This document shows, piece after piece, positions 63,574 to 64,000 of a DNA stretch of 64,000 bases (the stretch's first letter is position 1; every line of letters starts with the position of its first letter). Position numbers and translations under genes: made by a program. Where the stretch lies: assembly GCA_963708295.1 (NCBI GenBank), contig CAVPSJ010000014.1, positions 256,001 through 320,000 of the forward strand. The letters are read 5' to 3'. Under the pieces are notes generated by a model, which saw only the letters and a program-made list of their open reading frames with translations, made no database searches and was not told the DNA's origin. The stretch comes from an uncultured delta proteobacterium. GTDB lineage: Bacteria; Desulfobacterota; BSN033; UBA1163.

Positions 63574-64000
63574 TTCCTTACGTGCGACTCGAAAGAGGTC
63601 CTCACGATGGGAGGAACCTTTGGGACCTTGATCCCCAATCTTTCGAGAGCCAGCAGGCTCAACTCCTCTGGGGATGTCTCAGGAGCCATCATTCTCGAAA
63701 GTTCGCCTACGATCCGATCGATTCGCTCGATATAGCGAATCCCTTCTTCCATTGTGGTTGAAATTTGGCTTCCGGTGATAGGCTCATGCCATGACGATAA
63801 GAGATACTTTACCCCGGATAGCTTCTGCAATTTCTGAATGGATTTTATCGATGTTTGGGGATCTATATAGACCGGAACAGTTCCAACAGAAGGGATTGCG
63901 TCTCCTGAAAAAAGAACCCCCTCCTTCTCGAAGAGGAAGGACAGAGCGCCCTTGGCGTGTCCGGGTGTTTCAAGAACCCTGAGGTCCTTTCCCTTTTCCC
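63570..64000 (-). CDS. C-terminal part of a metallo-beta-lactamase-fold hydrolase (runs off the window, frameshifted)
   Basis: TPGHxxG and FSGD-like segments, LLSSWH C-terminal His motif. Confidence 0.65.
   Translation of the reverse strand, partial: EKGKDLRVLETPGHAKGALSFLFEKEGVLFSGDAIPSVGTVPVYIDPQTSIKSIQKLQKLSGVKYLLSSWHEPITGSQISTTMEEGIRYIERIDRIVGELSRMMAPETSPEELSLLALERLGIKVPKVPPIVRTSFESHVRK

Noticed and set aside
1-64000. CRISPR array, rRNA or tRNA genes
   Set aside because: No regularly spaced repeats with unique spacers and no rRNA/tRNA signatures seen

Overview
Bacterial chromosomal window. Gene order and content suggest an anaerobic Desulfobacterota/Syntrophia-like organism (inference). 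From left to right: (1) a sugar-acid uptake and catabolism operon (IolC-like kinase, UxuB-like SDR, carbohydrate ABC transporter, LarA-family epimerase, gluconokinase); (2) hypFCDE, divergent from a CxxCH-containing sensor kinase, a NarL-type regulator and an energy-conservation cluster: group-3c hydrogenase MvhG plus an MvhA whose L2 motif contains an in-frame UGA followed by a SECIS-like hairpin (probable [NiFeSe] enzyme), a maturation protease, a QmoC-like membrane subunit, a large HdrA/GltD-fusion flavoprotein and MvhD; (3) a patchy accessory stretch around ftsY with toxin-antitoxin pairs, exported hypothetical proteins and an HUH/Y1 transposase that, unusually, is bounded by 23-bp terminal inverted repeats with junction duplications; (4) rfaE2-lon-HD nuclease-hrcA-grpE-dnaK; (5) maf-yggS-FnIII lipoprotein-lysA-dapF-dapB; (6) thiolase, a cytoplasmic molybdopterin enzyme, an AT-rich acyltransferase, a LeuA-like/GlcD/GlcF operon and an amidohydrolase. 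Intergenic spaces hold several families of nested palindromic miniature elements, four of them present twice in the window. Many genes between 9 and 27.5 kb are split by single-base indels, most likely long-read assembly errors. No rRNA, tRNA or CRISPR array was found. All calls come from motif recognition by eye; no database search was run.
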